Below are positions 48,871-61,300 of a stretch of DNA of 64,000 nucleotides, piece by piece; within the stretch, counting starts at the first letter, position 1; every line of letters starts with the position of its first letter. The stretch lies in NCBI GenBank assembly GCA_964035575.1, contig OZ037842.1:1550001-1614000 (forward strand), written 5' to 3'. This stretch comes from Rhynchopus sp. YZ270_cl-10 (taxonomy: Eukaryota). The position numbers were made by a program, and so were the translations under genes. The notes under the pieces are model-generated. The model saw nothing but the letters and a program-made list of their open reading frames with translations. It did no database searches and had not been told where the DNA came from.

Positions 48871-50733
48871 ATGCGTACACGAGTCCCCCTGCATGGGAGG
48901 GGTGGTGACCATGTGTTCCAACAGGGAGAGGAAGAGGAAGAGGCGGACATCGCGCAGAGCCCCACCTCAGCTCGGAACCTGGTTGGGGATGTGGGGGGGA
49001 AGGTGGCGGTTGTGTTCTTGTTGTTGCTGATATTGTGGGCGATGCAGGGGCGAGCATCTGGGGCAAGTCTCTTTGGCGATAAGAGCGGGGCGGCGACGGT
49101 GACAGGGCGGAAGTTTGTGAACTCAGTGGAGTCGCTGGGTGATGTGATTGATATGTTGACGTCTGTTGGGTTGGAGGAGCACTTTGCGGATCTGCGCAAT
49201 AATGGGATGACGAATTTGGTATGCCAACGCTTTCGATTTATCTAAACCTGAACCCTGAATGACAAAACACATCAACAGAACATCATCTCCTCGCACGAAG
49301 GTGCCTGCCCAGGCGGCATCAAGCCCTTCCACTGCAGACGCATGAAGAGTGCTGCGTACAACCTTCTCCTCCCCGACGCAGAGCGTGAGGTGGAACGCGA
49401 CGATGAAGAGGACGACAACACAGGCCCGCTCGACCCTGACCACCTCCTCACCACCATCTGCCAGAGCTGGAAGAACACCCGAGGCGTGCATATGTACATG
49501 AAGGGGTACCGCAAGCTGGACAAACCGACGCTCACCCCGTTCGAAGTGCCTGCATGCCCCAAGGACACATCTGAGCGTGGTGTGCTGCACACACGTGAAC
49601 AGAGCACCGAAGGCACCATCATCACCAGCGTGGTAGGAGACGATAATAGGTGGTACCAAAACCAGCTGACCCTACCCCTCGTGAAGAACCTCCGCCAGAC
49701 AGGAGTGTTCGACCAGATGGTCTTCGACAAGGTGCGTCGCATCATGTTCTGCGGCAACCCCAAGGCAGGTCTCACCTTCTTCAAGTCGTGGCTCATGAAG
49801 CACTACGACCTGTGGCGGATAAAGGACCCAAAGCGCATTACGCATGCCTTCGACGGGAAGAAGCAGAAGGGGCTGGTCTCTGGCAAGCATATGAAGGACT
49901 CCGAGCTGCTTGATGCGCTGAATTCGGGTGGCTACTTTAAGGTTTGCATTCCCCCATCACACATCATATCCCATAAGCGCCATATTCTGCGCAAGAATTA
50001 CTCTCACTAGACATCAACCATCATATCCCAACAGTTTACATTTGTCCGTGATCCACTTACACGTGCCCTGGCTGCATACCACGAACGTTTCGCGGACTGC
50101 CTGAACCGTGCCTCCCCAGTAGAGTGCAGGCAATGGGTGCAAGCCCTGACAAGGATGCCTACCCGACGTGGTCGTTCTGACGCCATCTCCTTCAGACAGT
50201 TCGTCATGATCCTCCTGAAGACGAAGCAGCGTGGTGCCGTCCCAGAGGTGTCCTACCAGACCGCGCACTGGCACCCGCAGACCACAGTGTGCGCGCTGGA
50301 CCAAATCGTGTACGACTTTGTTGGGAAGATCGAGTCCGACGACAACGATACACAGGTACGTTCCAACCACACATCCCCCTACCCTTCCCAAACCTGGGCT
50401 AGCCCAGAAATTTTGTGATTTTGGTCTTACAAATGGGTACATTGTTTTGAGTTGAGTGTTCATAAAATGTCAACCCTACAGCTGATCTACGACATTGCAG
50501 GCTTCCAGAGTATGACTGCCTCGCAAAGACGTACTGTCGACCCGTCCCTCATCAGCGGAAGTCTTCTTCAGTACATCGGCTCCGACCCGCAGACCGTGAA
50601 GAAGAACATCCAGGACCTGCGCAAGCTCTACGCACAGGACAACCACCTCCTGGGCTACACAGGCGAGTCGCTCCTCAACTACCTCAGCGAGGAGGAGGCC
50701 AGGAGGAACGAAGCCGACGCAAGAGGAGATTAG
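48871..50733 (+). CDS. Type II membrane carbohydrate sulfotransferase (Sulfotransfer_2/CHST-like) with SAM-like domain; exons 48871-49218, 49279-49941, 50035-50355, 50482-50733
   Basis: 5'-PSB 'FCGNPKAGLTFFK', 3'-PB 'FTFVRDPLTRALAAY', 'HWHPQ', 'YDFVGKIE', 'LYAQD.HLLGY'. Three introns restore the frame. Confidence 0.85.
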
Positions 50734-51884
50734 AAATTTGGCATATTTTTTTTTTTTGATGCTTTTAACGATATGACAAATACGCATCATTGTACAGAGT
50801 GGTTAGCACAGTACCTTTGCGCAAAAAAAACCCCATGCGGTATAACAAGTTTTTCCACACAAGAAACCTCTAGCATGGCGTTTTTTTGGTGAGGTGCCAG
50901 CACCGCTCTCTTCTTGGTCCTTGAGGCATCAAGCCGTGGTGGCAACGCTATTGATGTATCCACCTAAGCCCTGTGGAGACCTGGGCGAGGTGGGTTCTAT
51001 TTGGATGGTAGCTGAGCAATGAGAGAGGCGCGGCTTTATAACAGCAACCCTTTCAAGGTGACTAAACGAGAGGCTTAGGTCTCTCACAAACTTTTTTTTC
51101 TTATTTTCAGGTGAAAGCGAATCCTTGGTTTGGATGTGTGCCTACACAAGAGACACATTCATTCTGGTAGTTTCTTTCAAAAAAAAAGACCGCATCGATT
51201 CTTGAGGAGAAATGAATCCGCAAACGTGGTGTACTTTTTTTGGTTTGGCGACTGCGCCAATAAAACTGTTCACTGAAAAGGGTACCATTTTTTTATCTCA
51301 ACGTGTAGATAAGGCGGTTGACTACACGTTCACCTATTTTCAAGGTAGGAAATAGTGGAGTAATGTTTTTAGAACTTACGAAAAACGAACGAAAAATAAT
51401 ATCGTTTTTTCCCTCTTGAGAATCTGAGGGAGGAGACAAAGCCAACTGAACGGATTCACCTGGGCCATAGTACAAGCAAGACGGCGTGGAGCCGTCGCAG
51501 AAAGTGCCGTACGAAACAAAATTCAAAAATTCAAAAAAATAAGTAACAAACACGCAAAAGGTCTTTCCCCCCTAACAATCCACCCCACAGATCTTAGTGG
51601 GGTCTCAAGGTTAAAAAAAAAGGGCGACGTCAACTTTCCTCTTCCACAAAATACACTCCGAAAAGCGCCAACACTCTGAGCACCCTCCGTCAGCCCCACA
51701 CAATACCAGAACCGAACGATTGTTTTTGTTCTGTTTTTTTTATTCTTTACTTTATCCATTTCCCCTTTGAACAACACCCTGCTCTCCTCCGGACCGAAAT
51801 ATCCGTTTTTTTTCCTCCTCTTCCTCCCCTCCCCCTATTACACCCCTAAAAGATACAAAGTACACAAAAAAAAAACACTACACA

Positions 51885-53612
51885 ATGGAGCTCGCACAGG
51901 CACTTTGCCGTGTTGTGACAAATGAATTTGACTGTGCATGGGAGTACATACGACCGAAGGAGACAATGGTGGTCGACGCGCCTGCAGGGAAGATGCGTGG
52001 GTACGTGCGGGACGAGGCTGTGTCGTTCCGTGGGATCCCTTACGGCGACGCTGTGTCAGGGCAGTGGAGATGGAAGGCACCCCGCCCTGCCCCAAAGTGG
52101 GAGGGTGTGCGCGACTGCAAGGACTACGCCCAATGTGCGCCGCAGGACTTCAAGGGCAATCTGCTCGCACAGAACACACACTCCGCCATCTGGACGATCG
52201 TGGAAATGGTGATTCAGATCATCTCCTGGATCTTCTTCGGCATCAAATGGAAGGGCTCCGAAGAGGAAGCGCTCTCCCTATCTGTCTACACCCCACGCAA
52301 TTACATGAAGGAGCACAACGGCAAACCCCCGGCAAAGCTTCCGGTGATGTTTTACATTCATGGAGGGTTTTATGAGGTGGGCTGCTCTGGACCTCCGATT
52401 GTGCGTGGTGAAGAGTTTCCGAAGCACGACTGTGTGTTGGTTTTGGCAAACTATCGGTTGGGGGTGTTTGGGTTTTTGAATGTTCCTGGGTGTGATACGA
52501 ACAGAGGGCTTCGTGACATGCTTCTTGGGTTGGCTTGGGTGCGTGACAACATTGATCGGTTTGGTGGAGATAAAAACAATGTCACCATTTTTGGCGAATC
52601 CGCGGGCGCCATGGCGTGCGCAAACCTTATGTCTACGCCACTCCGCTTCTACGAAGAGAACGGCGAGAAACGCTCACTCTTCCACAAACTCATCTGCATG
52701 AGCGGTGCCTCCCATGCTGTCTACTCCTCCGCAAAGAGCGAAAAGATCTACAGACAGATCCTTTCGTACCTCCCAAAGAAAACCACCGCCGCCGATTTAG
52801 ACCGCATCCCCGTCTCTCAGCTTCTCGACGCGCAGGATGCATACATGGTAAGAGAACGCATCGGGTATGCAGGCAACCACACTGCAGACAGCATTGTGAT
52901 GGGCCCGCACATCGACTCCGTGGTTCTCCCTCAGCATCCGATTGCCGCAGTGCGTGCCGGGTATGCGACTGACCTGGTTCTCATGACAGGGACAACCAAG
53001 GATGAGTTCTCGATGTTCTCCTCGCTGTTTCTGTGGCCGGTGCGGCTGTCTGATGGGTTGACTGCTAGGTTCGACTCTTGGCTGCATGGTGTGGAGGCAG
53101 AGTGCCGTGACCGCATCGTGGACTCATATGAATCCGAAGACTACTCCACCGAGTTTGCAGGGCTAGGCCACCATAAGAAGTACAACGCTGCAGCAACGGA
53201 TTGGCTCTTCAGAATCCCTTCCGAGAGGCTGGCCTGTGCACAGACTGCCGCAGGTGGGTTGGCGCACGTCTACCGTTACGACGACCACAGTACAATGTTT
53301 GGTTCCGCCTTTGGTGCCTGCCACGGTTGTGACCTCCCCGCAATGTTCGCAACCAACCGTAATGCGCCCCTAATGGTGGGAGTTCACAAAAAGATCGAAG
53401 GGACCGGTGCGTTCATGAGAAAGACCTGGACAGATTTTGCAAGGAATGGGGCCTGTACAACGGCCTGGCCTTCCTTCAGTAGCAAGTCTCGCATGATTAT
53501 GTCTCTCGCAGTGGGTGAAAATGCGAACGAAAAGAAACTCCTTGAAAACCCAGACGAAGCCTGCATCAGAGCCTGGGGGGATCTTTCGCGTTATGACTTT
53601 GTGCATGCCTAG
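51885..53612 (+). CDS. Type B carboxylesterase (COesterase, para-nitrobenzyl esterase-like)
   Basis: 'FRGIPY', 'HGGFY', 'NYRLG', 'GGDKNNVTIFGESAG', 'GTTKDE', 'GACHGCDL': full catalytic triad. Confidence 0.92.
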   Translation: MELAQALCRVVTNEFDCAWEYIRPKETMVVDAPAGKMRGYVRDEAVSFRGIPYGDAVSGQWRWKAPRPAPKWEGVRDCKDYAQCAPQDFKGNLLAQNTHSAIWTIVEMVIQIISWIFFGIKWKGSEEEALSLSVYTPRNYMKEHNGKPPAKLPVMFYIHGGFYEVGCSGPPIVRGEEFPKHDCVLVLANYRLGVFGFLNVPGCDTNRGLRDMLLGLAWVRDNIDRFGGDKNNVTIFGESAGAMACANLMSTPLRFYEENGEKRSLFHKLICMSGASHAVYSSAKSEKIYRQILSYLPKKTTAADLDRIPVSQLLDAQDAYMVRERIGYAGNHTADSIVMGPHIDSVVLPQHPIAAVRAGYATDLVLMTGTTKDEFSMFSSLFLWPVRLSDGLTARFDSWLHGVEAECRDRIVDSYESEDYSTEFAGLGHHKKYNAAATDWLFRIPSERLACAQTAAGGLAHVYRYDDHSTMFGSAFGACHGCDLPAMFATNRNAPLMVGVHKKIEGTGAFMRKTWTDFARNGACTTAWPSFSSKSRMIMSLAVGENANEKKLLENPDEACIRAWGDLSRYDFVHA

Positions 53613-54737
53613 GGATTATTTTCAACTCCAATTTTTTTTTTTTTTGCATTCCGTTTTTTTTTTGAAAGAGGGTTCACGCATCAACAGAGAACAATCATTA
53701 TCAAAATAGGGTTAGGGTTGGGGAGGGGGGCAGGAGATTGGGATGGACCTTCGTCCAACATCTTTTTGTTATTGCTCTGAGTGTGTGGTTTTCTTTTAGG
53801 TGAGAAACTTAGTTTTATTCACCAACTTTTTTCTCCGAACATCTCTTTTTTTTTTGTTTCCTTTTTACATTTTTTACATTTTTTTTTTTTGCAAACAAAA
53901 AATATTGGACGCATCTGTAGAGAGCATCTTTGTACTTTCTCTTCTTTGATTTGAAAGTATATGAGACCAATTATTTTCTTTGAATTTGAAGAGTTTCTTT
54001 CACGACGTGTGTGTCCGTGAAGACTCAATTTTAAAGTACTTCCCCACCCCCTTTTTTTGTCCCCCTTTTTTGTGTGTTATCTTTGCGAAAGTGACTTCGC
54101 CCTCCTGCCTGGACATACACCGTGTTCGGTAGACGGCTATAGTCCTTCAAAACGTTGTGGCACGTCCCAAACAGTTATTTCATATTTATTTTTTTCAAAT
54201 GAAGTGTTAGGACCTGCCTCCCAGAGGCGTTGTGCACTATCAACTTCACTTTTTCTGAATTTTATATCTTTTGAGTTTTATTGTCTTTTTTTTCTTTTTT
54301 GAATTCCAAAACAAATACATTGAAACATAAAAAGGGCGTGGGGCTCACACGAAAAAAGCGAGGTGTTCACACGTCATCAATTATTCAAAAATAAAAGCGT
54401 TTAGTATAGTGGAGTCAACTTATCCTCGGATGTCTACACTGATACAATCAAGTTTTCAAAATAAAGAAAAAAGTGTGCAATTTAGTGGCAACTCCCACTT
54501 CCAAGCAACGTATCGTTGAAATAGTATGTTGCAAATTCCTTTGTAAAGAAACCTTGAAAAGGTGTTGTGCCCATGCGCGTTCGTCTTTCAAGCATTTTTT
54601 TTTTTCCCGTTTCTTTTTCTCCAGCAAAGCCCTTTCGTTTTATCCCAGGCAAGCTGCACCATCATCTACTGTCGCAACCCTACTACTAACTGGGGAGGGG
54701 AGGAATGACACTATGTTGTTTCCTGTTTTTTTTATTA

Positions 54738-55257
54738 CTGGGGGGGAGCTATTAAAGTATACGTATACTTTATTCGGCGGGAATTACTGCTTAAATGGCC
54801 AAAAAACGAAAAAGGAAAAAAAAAAAAAAAAATCACTGTTATTTTGGGGTTTCTAGTGGCCGAAACCTCGCGAAAACACCACCATTGACATTTTTGGGCC
54901 AATCCCAGCCAGTGGTGGGGTCAATGTGGAAAAATGAACAATTTTTTGGTGACTTAAATTTTCACAAATCTGAACCCTATCAGCACCAATCGTGTAAAAA
55001 CTGATACATGCGTTTTAGGTCAAAAATACTCATTTCTCAGGTCAAAGTGACCCCATCACAGCACGCACAGAATCCGGACCACCAAACTCAAAAAATTTTT
55101 TTTTCGATTTTTTGTGCAAAAATTGCTGTAAAAATTTTTTAGTAAGAAAAATGTACACAAAAACCGTATACTTTATTTCACAGATTTCCACGCTCAAAAT
55201 GGGTTTCCGCGCCGTATACTTTATTACCCCCGTATACTTTATTAGCCCCCCCCCCAG
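54738..55257. mobile_element. TA-flanked MITE with TIRs CTGGGGGGG..CTA.TAAAGTATACG
   Basis: TA|CTGGGGGGGAGCTATTAAAGTATACG ... CGTATACTTTATTAGCCCCCCCCCCAG|TA; subterminal CGTATACTTTATT repeats. Confidence 0.75.
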
Positions 55258-55259
55258 TA

Positions 55260-55606
55260 ATCATAGGGCGTATCCGGATCCAGATTCCAGGTAATTTCAG
55301 GAATTTCAGGAAAAACAAATAAAATGAAGCAGCAGATCCGAACACGACCGACGCGAGACACACGCATCAGACAACAATACAGCCGTTGCTATGTAACCTG
55401 GAGTTCACCTGGAATACACGGGAAAAAAACCTGGCATTTCGTGAAAAACATGAGAAACCTGGAATCACCTGGATCTGGATCTGGATCTGGATCTGGATCT
55501 GGATCTGGATCTGGATCTGGATCTGGATCTGGATCTGGATCTGGATCTGGATCTGGATCTGGATCTGGATCTGGATCTGGATCTGGATCTGGATACGACC
55601 CATGAT
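55260..55606. mobile_element. TA-flanked MITE (TIR ATCAT.GG.CGTATCC) with expanded (GGATCT)n in the right arm
   Basis: TA|ATCATAGGGCGTATCCGGATCCAGATTCCAGG ... CCTGG(ATCTGG)n ATACGACCCATGAT|TA; hexamer array ~55471-55594. Confidence 0.75.
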
Positions 55607-56220
55607 TAACTTTTAGAACGTGATGTTTTATCTCCATGTGAGTCACATCAAAACGTTCTAACGATTTTCTTTCACTTAAATACCGCCTTAAATTGAAAAA
55701 GAACAGTGAAGACTGTCTACATGGCAGCTACACTAATCCAAATTATTGAAGCAAAAATGGGAAATAGTGGAGTTCATCCTCGGGTGTCTGCACTAATACA
55801 ACCAAGTTTTCAAAAAAACAATGCCCACCCCCCAAATCTCGTGAATATTTCATTTTTTTCACGAGGCAACCTTTCCTCTTGGTTTCCCATTGTTTCTTTC
55901 CCTATTGAGATGAGTTGTCACCAAACCGTTAGTAGGACCGCACAGCGGCGAGAGGTAGAACGGTATGGGACCACCGTGGACGTGCTCCGCGTGGTCTGAC
56001 TTTGCTTCATCCAAAAAAAATAACAAAGCGGCAGTGAAGACGATCTAGCTTACACCATTATTCAAACAAATCGTCAAATACCACCGCTCTTTTTTTTAAA
56101 TGGTGCCGTAAAAACCTGAACTTCTGGAACGTAACATAATACGTAAAACCCCCCCTTTTTTTTTGGTCAAAATCATAAATGACCACCTGATTTTGCCCCA
56201 AAAAAAAAACCGGCTTTTGG

Positions 56221-56300
56221 CCCTATCCGGTCTATCCTTGCCCTATCCGGCCATATCCGGGCCTATCCGGACCTATCCGGACCTATCCGCGCCTATCCGC
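56221..56300. repeat. Decamer array (NCCTATCCGG-like); second direct copy at 58411-58470
   Basis: Both arrays end in CCTATCCGCGGGGT..AAAATCAG. Confidence 0.9.
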
Positions 56301-56330
56301 GGGGTCGAAAAATCAGAAAAAAACTATTTT

Positions 56331-57519
56331 TGTACTGTGTACTGTGTACTGTGTACTGTGTACTGTGTACTGTGTACTGTGTACTGTGTACTGTGTACTG
56401 TGTACTGTGTACTGTGTACTGTGTACTGTGTACTGTGTACTGTGTACTGTGTACTGTGTACTGTGTACTGTGTACTGTGTACTGTGTACTGTGTACTGTG
56501 TACTGTGTACTGTGTACTGTGTACTGTGTACTGTGTACTGTGTACTGTGTACTGTGTACTGTGTACTGTGTACTGTGTACTGTGTACTGTGTACTGTGTA
56601 CTGTGTACTGTGTACTGTGTACTGTGTACTGTGTACTGTGTACTGTGTACTGTGTACTGTGTACTGTGTACTGTGTACTGTGTACTGTGTACTGTGTACT
56701 GTGTACTGTGTACTGTGTACTGTGTACTGTGTACTGTGTACTGTGTACTGTGTACTGTGTACTGTGTACTGTGTACTGTGTACTGTGTACTGTGTACTGT
56801 GTACTGTGTACTGTGTACTGTGTACTGTGTACTGTGTACTGTGTACTGTGTACTGTGTACTGTGTACTGTGTACTGTGTACTGTGTACTGTGTACTGTGT
56901 ACTGTGTACTGTGTACTGTGTACTGTGTACTGTGTACTGTGTACTGTGTACTGTGTACTGTGTACTGTGTACTGTGTACTGTGTACTGTGTACTGTGTAC
57001 TGTGTACTGTGTACTGTGTACTGTGTACTGTGTACTGTGTACTGTGTACTGTGTACTGTGTACTGTGTACTGTGTACTGTGTACTGTGTACTGTGTACTG
57101 TGTACTGTGTACTGTGTACTGTGTACTGTGTACTGTGTACTGTGTACTGTGTACTGTGTACTGTGTACTGTGTACTGTGTACTGTGTACTGTGTACTGTG
57201 TACTGTGTACTGTGTACTGTGTACTGTGTACTGTGTACTGGGTACTGGGTACTGGGTACTGGGTACTGGGTACTGGGTACTGGGTACTGGGTACTGGGTA
57301 CTGGGTACTGGGTACTGGGTACTGGGTACTGGGTACTGGGTACTGGGTACTGGGTACTGGGTACTGGGTACTGGGTACTGGGTACTGGGTACTGGGTACT
57401 GGGTACTGGGTACTGGGTACTGGGTACTGGGTACTGGGTACTGGGTACTGGGTACTGGGTACTGGGTACTGGGTACTGGGTACTGGGTACTGGGTACTGG
57501 GTACTGGGTACTGGGTACT
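56331..57519. repeat. Heptamer satellite: ~130 x TGTACTG then ~40 x GGTACTG
   Basis: Direct reading; sharp switch at 57241. Confidence 0.97.
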
Positions 57520-58238
57520 CCTTGTAGGGTTTTGTTGCCTTTTGGCACATGAATTTTGCGCCCAGTGTTGTGTTCACTGCTCTGAAGGTGCTGGCTCTTA
57601 TCTACCGATGCATGGGGTAAGTGACACAGCGTCTGACCCGCCATCTGTAATCTTCTGGTTTCAACACTGCCTTTCAGTTCTGCATGCTGCATTCGCAGCG
57701 TCCCGAGCGTCTCACAACCTCTTATTACTCTTTGCCTGAGAAGGATGTGTTTGGACTCACTCAAACCCCGTTCATCACTCTTGTGCCAAAGAAAACATCG
57801 GACAAACAGTACAAGTTCACGGGAGCAAAGGGGTGGATCCCTCCCTCTGCGCGTATCGCACTAACGTAGCGAAGAAGATCCAGAGGTGTGCAGAACGTGA
57901 TGCGGTCTATTTTCCGACAAAAAAGACGAAGAATAGTTGTTCAATGGTGTGCTAATTTCGTCGCAAGATTTTGCAGTGGAAGTTGAAGAACACTGCAAAT
58001 GGTTCAACACAGATGAGGTTCGTCTCACAGTATTGATGTGCTCCACAACGGAAAGCCCTATCAAATATGAGAAGAGTGCTGAAGGACTCTGGGGGCATGC
58101 GGATGACAAACGATCATCTGCGGGGTGGAACAGCAGCCCGAAACTTCCACAGCCCAATCCGACTTCCTCTTCCAACCCTTTGTCTTGGAGTTTGCGAAGA
58201 AGATTGCTGCCGAGAATGAAACAGATCTCTAACGTAGC
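57520..58238 (+). pseudogene. pogo/Tigger-like (Tc1-mariner superfamily) transposase relic
   Basis: Broken + frames give 'YKFTGAKGW' (CENP-B HTH F.AS.GW-like), 'WFNTDEVRL' (first catalytic Asp, like IFNxDETGL) and 'PKLPQP', in the expected order. Confidence 0.5.
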
Positions 58239-58374
58239 TACCCAGTACCCAGTACCCAGTACCCAGTACCCAGTACCCAGTACCCAGTACCCAGTACCCA
58301 GTACCCAGTACCCAGTACCCAGTACCCAGTACCCAGTACCCAGTACACAGTGCCCAGTACACAGTACACAGTAC
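58239..58374. repeat. Inverted heptamer arm: ~14 x CAGTACC then CAGTACA units
   Basis: Reverse complement of the 56331-57519 array with mirrored subunit order. Confidence 0.95.
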
Positions 58375-61300
58375 GTATGGGGAAAATACGTGGGGTTTGG
58401 CCTGTACGGTCCTATCCGGCCCTATCCGGACCTATCCGCGCCTATCCGGACCTATCCGGGCCTATCCGCGGGGTAAAAATCAGGTGGAATGAACCCAAAA
58501 AACGTTTCAGAAGAGAGTTATGTTGGTTTTTTTTTGCACGAAACCTCCCCTTTTTTGTCAAGGTGATCAAGCACGACAGGCTTACATCTAAAAAAACTTG
58601 ATTTTGTTTTGATTGACGACAGCTGTCTATTATAGGTGGTCTGCGAACTAGCGGTCACCATCAGCTGTCTTCGTTTTCAGTTCTTTTTTTTCCCACAACC
58701 CCCTTTTTTCAGTGATTGAACTTCACTTTTTTATTCCACTTACTGATGCCCATCTGTCTCAGACCACTGAAGCAGCGGGGACACCAGATTCCACCCCCTT
58801 TTTTTTTCCCACGATGCCCAAAGCACGAGAACGCGTCTACATTTTTTGTGTATATTTCATTACGCCACAACCCACTCCCTCTTCCACCTTAGTGGTGTAC
58901 TGTGATAATTGCCTATCATACATCACAATACAGCTGTTTTGTGTATTATGTATTATGATCAACTTACAGTACAGCCACCACTATTCCACCTCCACCTCTA
59001 CCACAACCCCTTGCTGCTCGGGCACTCCGTTCGCATTCCGATCGAAGTGACAGTGTAGCCACAAGGGTAGCTTTGTGTTTATTCTGTACCAGCAGCTTGG
59101 GTGTGTCCTCTTCTGTGTCTCTTTTTGTATTAGAGACAGTGCAGTTGTTGACGTATTCAGGGAACATGCCTTAAAAGGTTTCATAAAGGGCAGGTGGGGG
59201 AGGAGGGAGCGCATCTTGTACCACCCATTTCCGCGCTTTTATATTTTAGTGATCCATCTTGTCCTTTGGAGTTCCTAATTCGGGACGTAAGGAACGTATA
59301 AAGTTTTTTTTTAGATGTGTGATAAGAGACACATTCATTAAGTTTTTAAGGTGAGGCAGAAGGGATTAAGGTTCATCTTATGATTAATTTTATTTTTTCC
59401 GTGGCGGCAGGATCATTTCTGCCTGCATCCTGTTGAGTGCATGGCTCGTAGTGAGGTGTATTTAACATCTTCGATTTGATTTTACAAGGTTGTACGTAGT
59501 GCATTCATGTTTTTTTTTAATTTTAATTTTGTTTGTTTTCTAAGATGTGTATACACTGTGCATACTGATTTTATAACTTTGCTTTTCTAAGGTGATCCAA
59601 TATGTGGCGTTTAAGTTCTTTTGATGAACTTTTCAAAAAAATAATAATGAGATCAGGTGTGTCAAACGAGGCACATTTGACTCTCAATTTTTCCTTTTTA
59701 TTTACTTTCTTTCTATTGTGCCTGCAGCGAGGTCTTCAGCGACAAATTGTGACAAAATGTATGTCTTTTTATGTGATATTTTTTTGTTGAAACGGCTCTG
59801 GTCAGTTTTTGTTTTTTTCATACATCAAACATAAAAAGTTGGTTTCAAGGGGGCCAGAATACGCTTTTATTTTTTCAACTGTATCACTGCTTTGGTACAT
59901 CCCACAAAGGCATTTCAACACCCGACAAGATTTCTTTGTTTTTTTCTTATCCCTTTTTTTTTGGGAGCTCCTGGTTACTTTCCGTCCTTAAATTAAGAAT
60001 TTACAAATAGCGAGAAGCTTGGTTCATATCTTACAATTATTTCTCTTTCTCGCAAAGGGTGCATTGTGTCTGACCCTCTCAAATACTTTCAATTCTGTGA
60101 ACTGAAAGTATATGAATCTAATTTTTTCTCTCTTCTCTCTCTCTCTCTCTCTCTCTTTTCAGTGCCTGCGTCCGGCGTTTGCACTATCAACTTCACTTTT
60201 ATAGGGTACATTTAGTGCACCCTATTATACCTTCTATTCAGTAGAATAGTTAGTATATGAAGTATATGAAACAGGGTCCTAGCTCAGTAGAACGGAAAAG
60301 GTGGCCCACCTTTTCCGTTCTTTTTTTTTTTTTTTTGGGTTTTTTTTACACGGTGCAAAAAACCGGTTGGCCAAGGAGGTCCTCAGTGTCGTCAGCCAGT
60401 CCCCTTTGCTGTTAAAAACAGCGACTTGGCGTGGTCAATTTTTCCGCGCGAACAGGGATTACGCTCCACGTGTGGAACGTATGGAAATCCATACGTGAAT
60501 TGTTTTTGAAAAGGTGGAATCCATACGTGTCCATACGTAGGTAATTTGGGTTTTGGATTGGGGCTGGGGTGGGGTAGGTGAGGAGTGGGGCTCCGCCCCC
60601 ACCTCTCACCTACCCCCTACAGAATTCTATTTGTAGGAGACAATTTTCTATTTTACCGGAAAAGGAGCATGCAGCATGGCGAAAGAAAAAAGTAGCGTAC
60701 CGTGCGCCTGCGGCGCTAGATTGCAATACACCCTTCCCATGACATAATAGGCAGTTTTAAGCGCAATTTTTAGAAATGTTGCGTACCGTGGCTTCGCCAG
60801 AAACTTTCGTTTTAGCAAAATATGGAAGTAAAGTTTACGGAACTGGACCATAGTTACCAACGAAAGTGCCATTTTATGTCAAGATTTTTTAAAAATGTTG
60901 CGTACCGTGGCTTCGCCAGGAACATTTGGATGCCATGACTGATGATTTCTCCAGTTCTTCGAACTTTCACAACCCTTCTCAACCAACTTTGCCAGGGAGA
61001 GCGCGCGCGAAGCGCGCGCGGTTTTTAATTGTTTTTGCTTAGAATTGTACGTGTTGAAAATCCATACGTACTTTTTTTATTTTTGGGGGAGCTGCGCAGG
61101 GCGTTCGCCCCGGGGCGAAAAATATTTTTTTTCGTTAAAAAAATCTTTTCCTGAAAAAATGACATTTTATTTCGCCCCAGGGCTTCGCCCCACCGGGGCG
61201 AAACCCTGTATAAATAAATAAATAAATAAATAAAAAAAGGGGGAAAAAAAAAAAAAAAGAGAGAGAGAGATTTCTCCCCACCACCCTGTAGACCCCCCCG

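Noticed and set aside
53709..53730. GGGTTAGGGTT telomere-like sequence
   Set aside because: Fewer than two full units; chance level in a G-rich patch.
55324..55646. GS/IW/DP repeat ORFs
   Set aside because: Translation of (GGATCT)n inside a MITE.
56163..57764. Long ORFs of YCVLCTV/STQYTVH repeats
   Set aside because: Artefacts of a stop-free heptamer satellite that is open in several frames.
60274..60310. tRNA-like TAGCTCAGTAGA A-box
   Set aside because: No anticodon arm, T arm or B-box follows.
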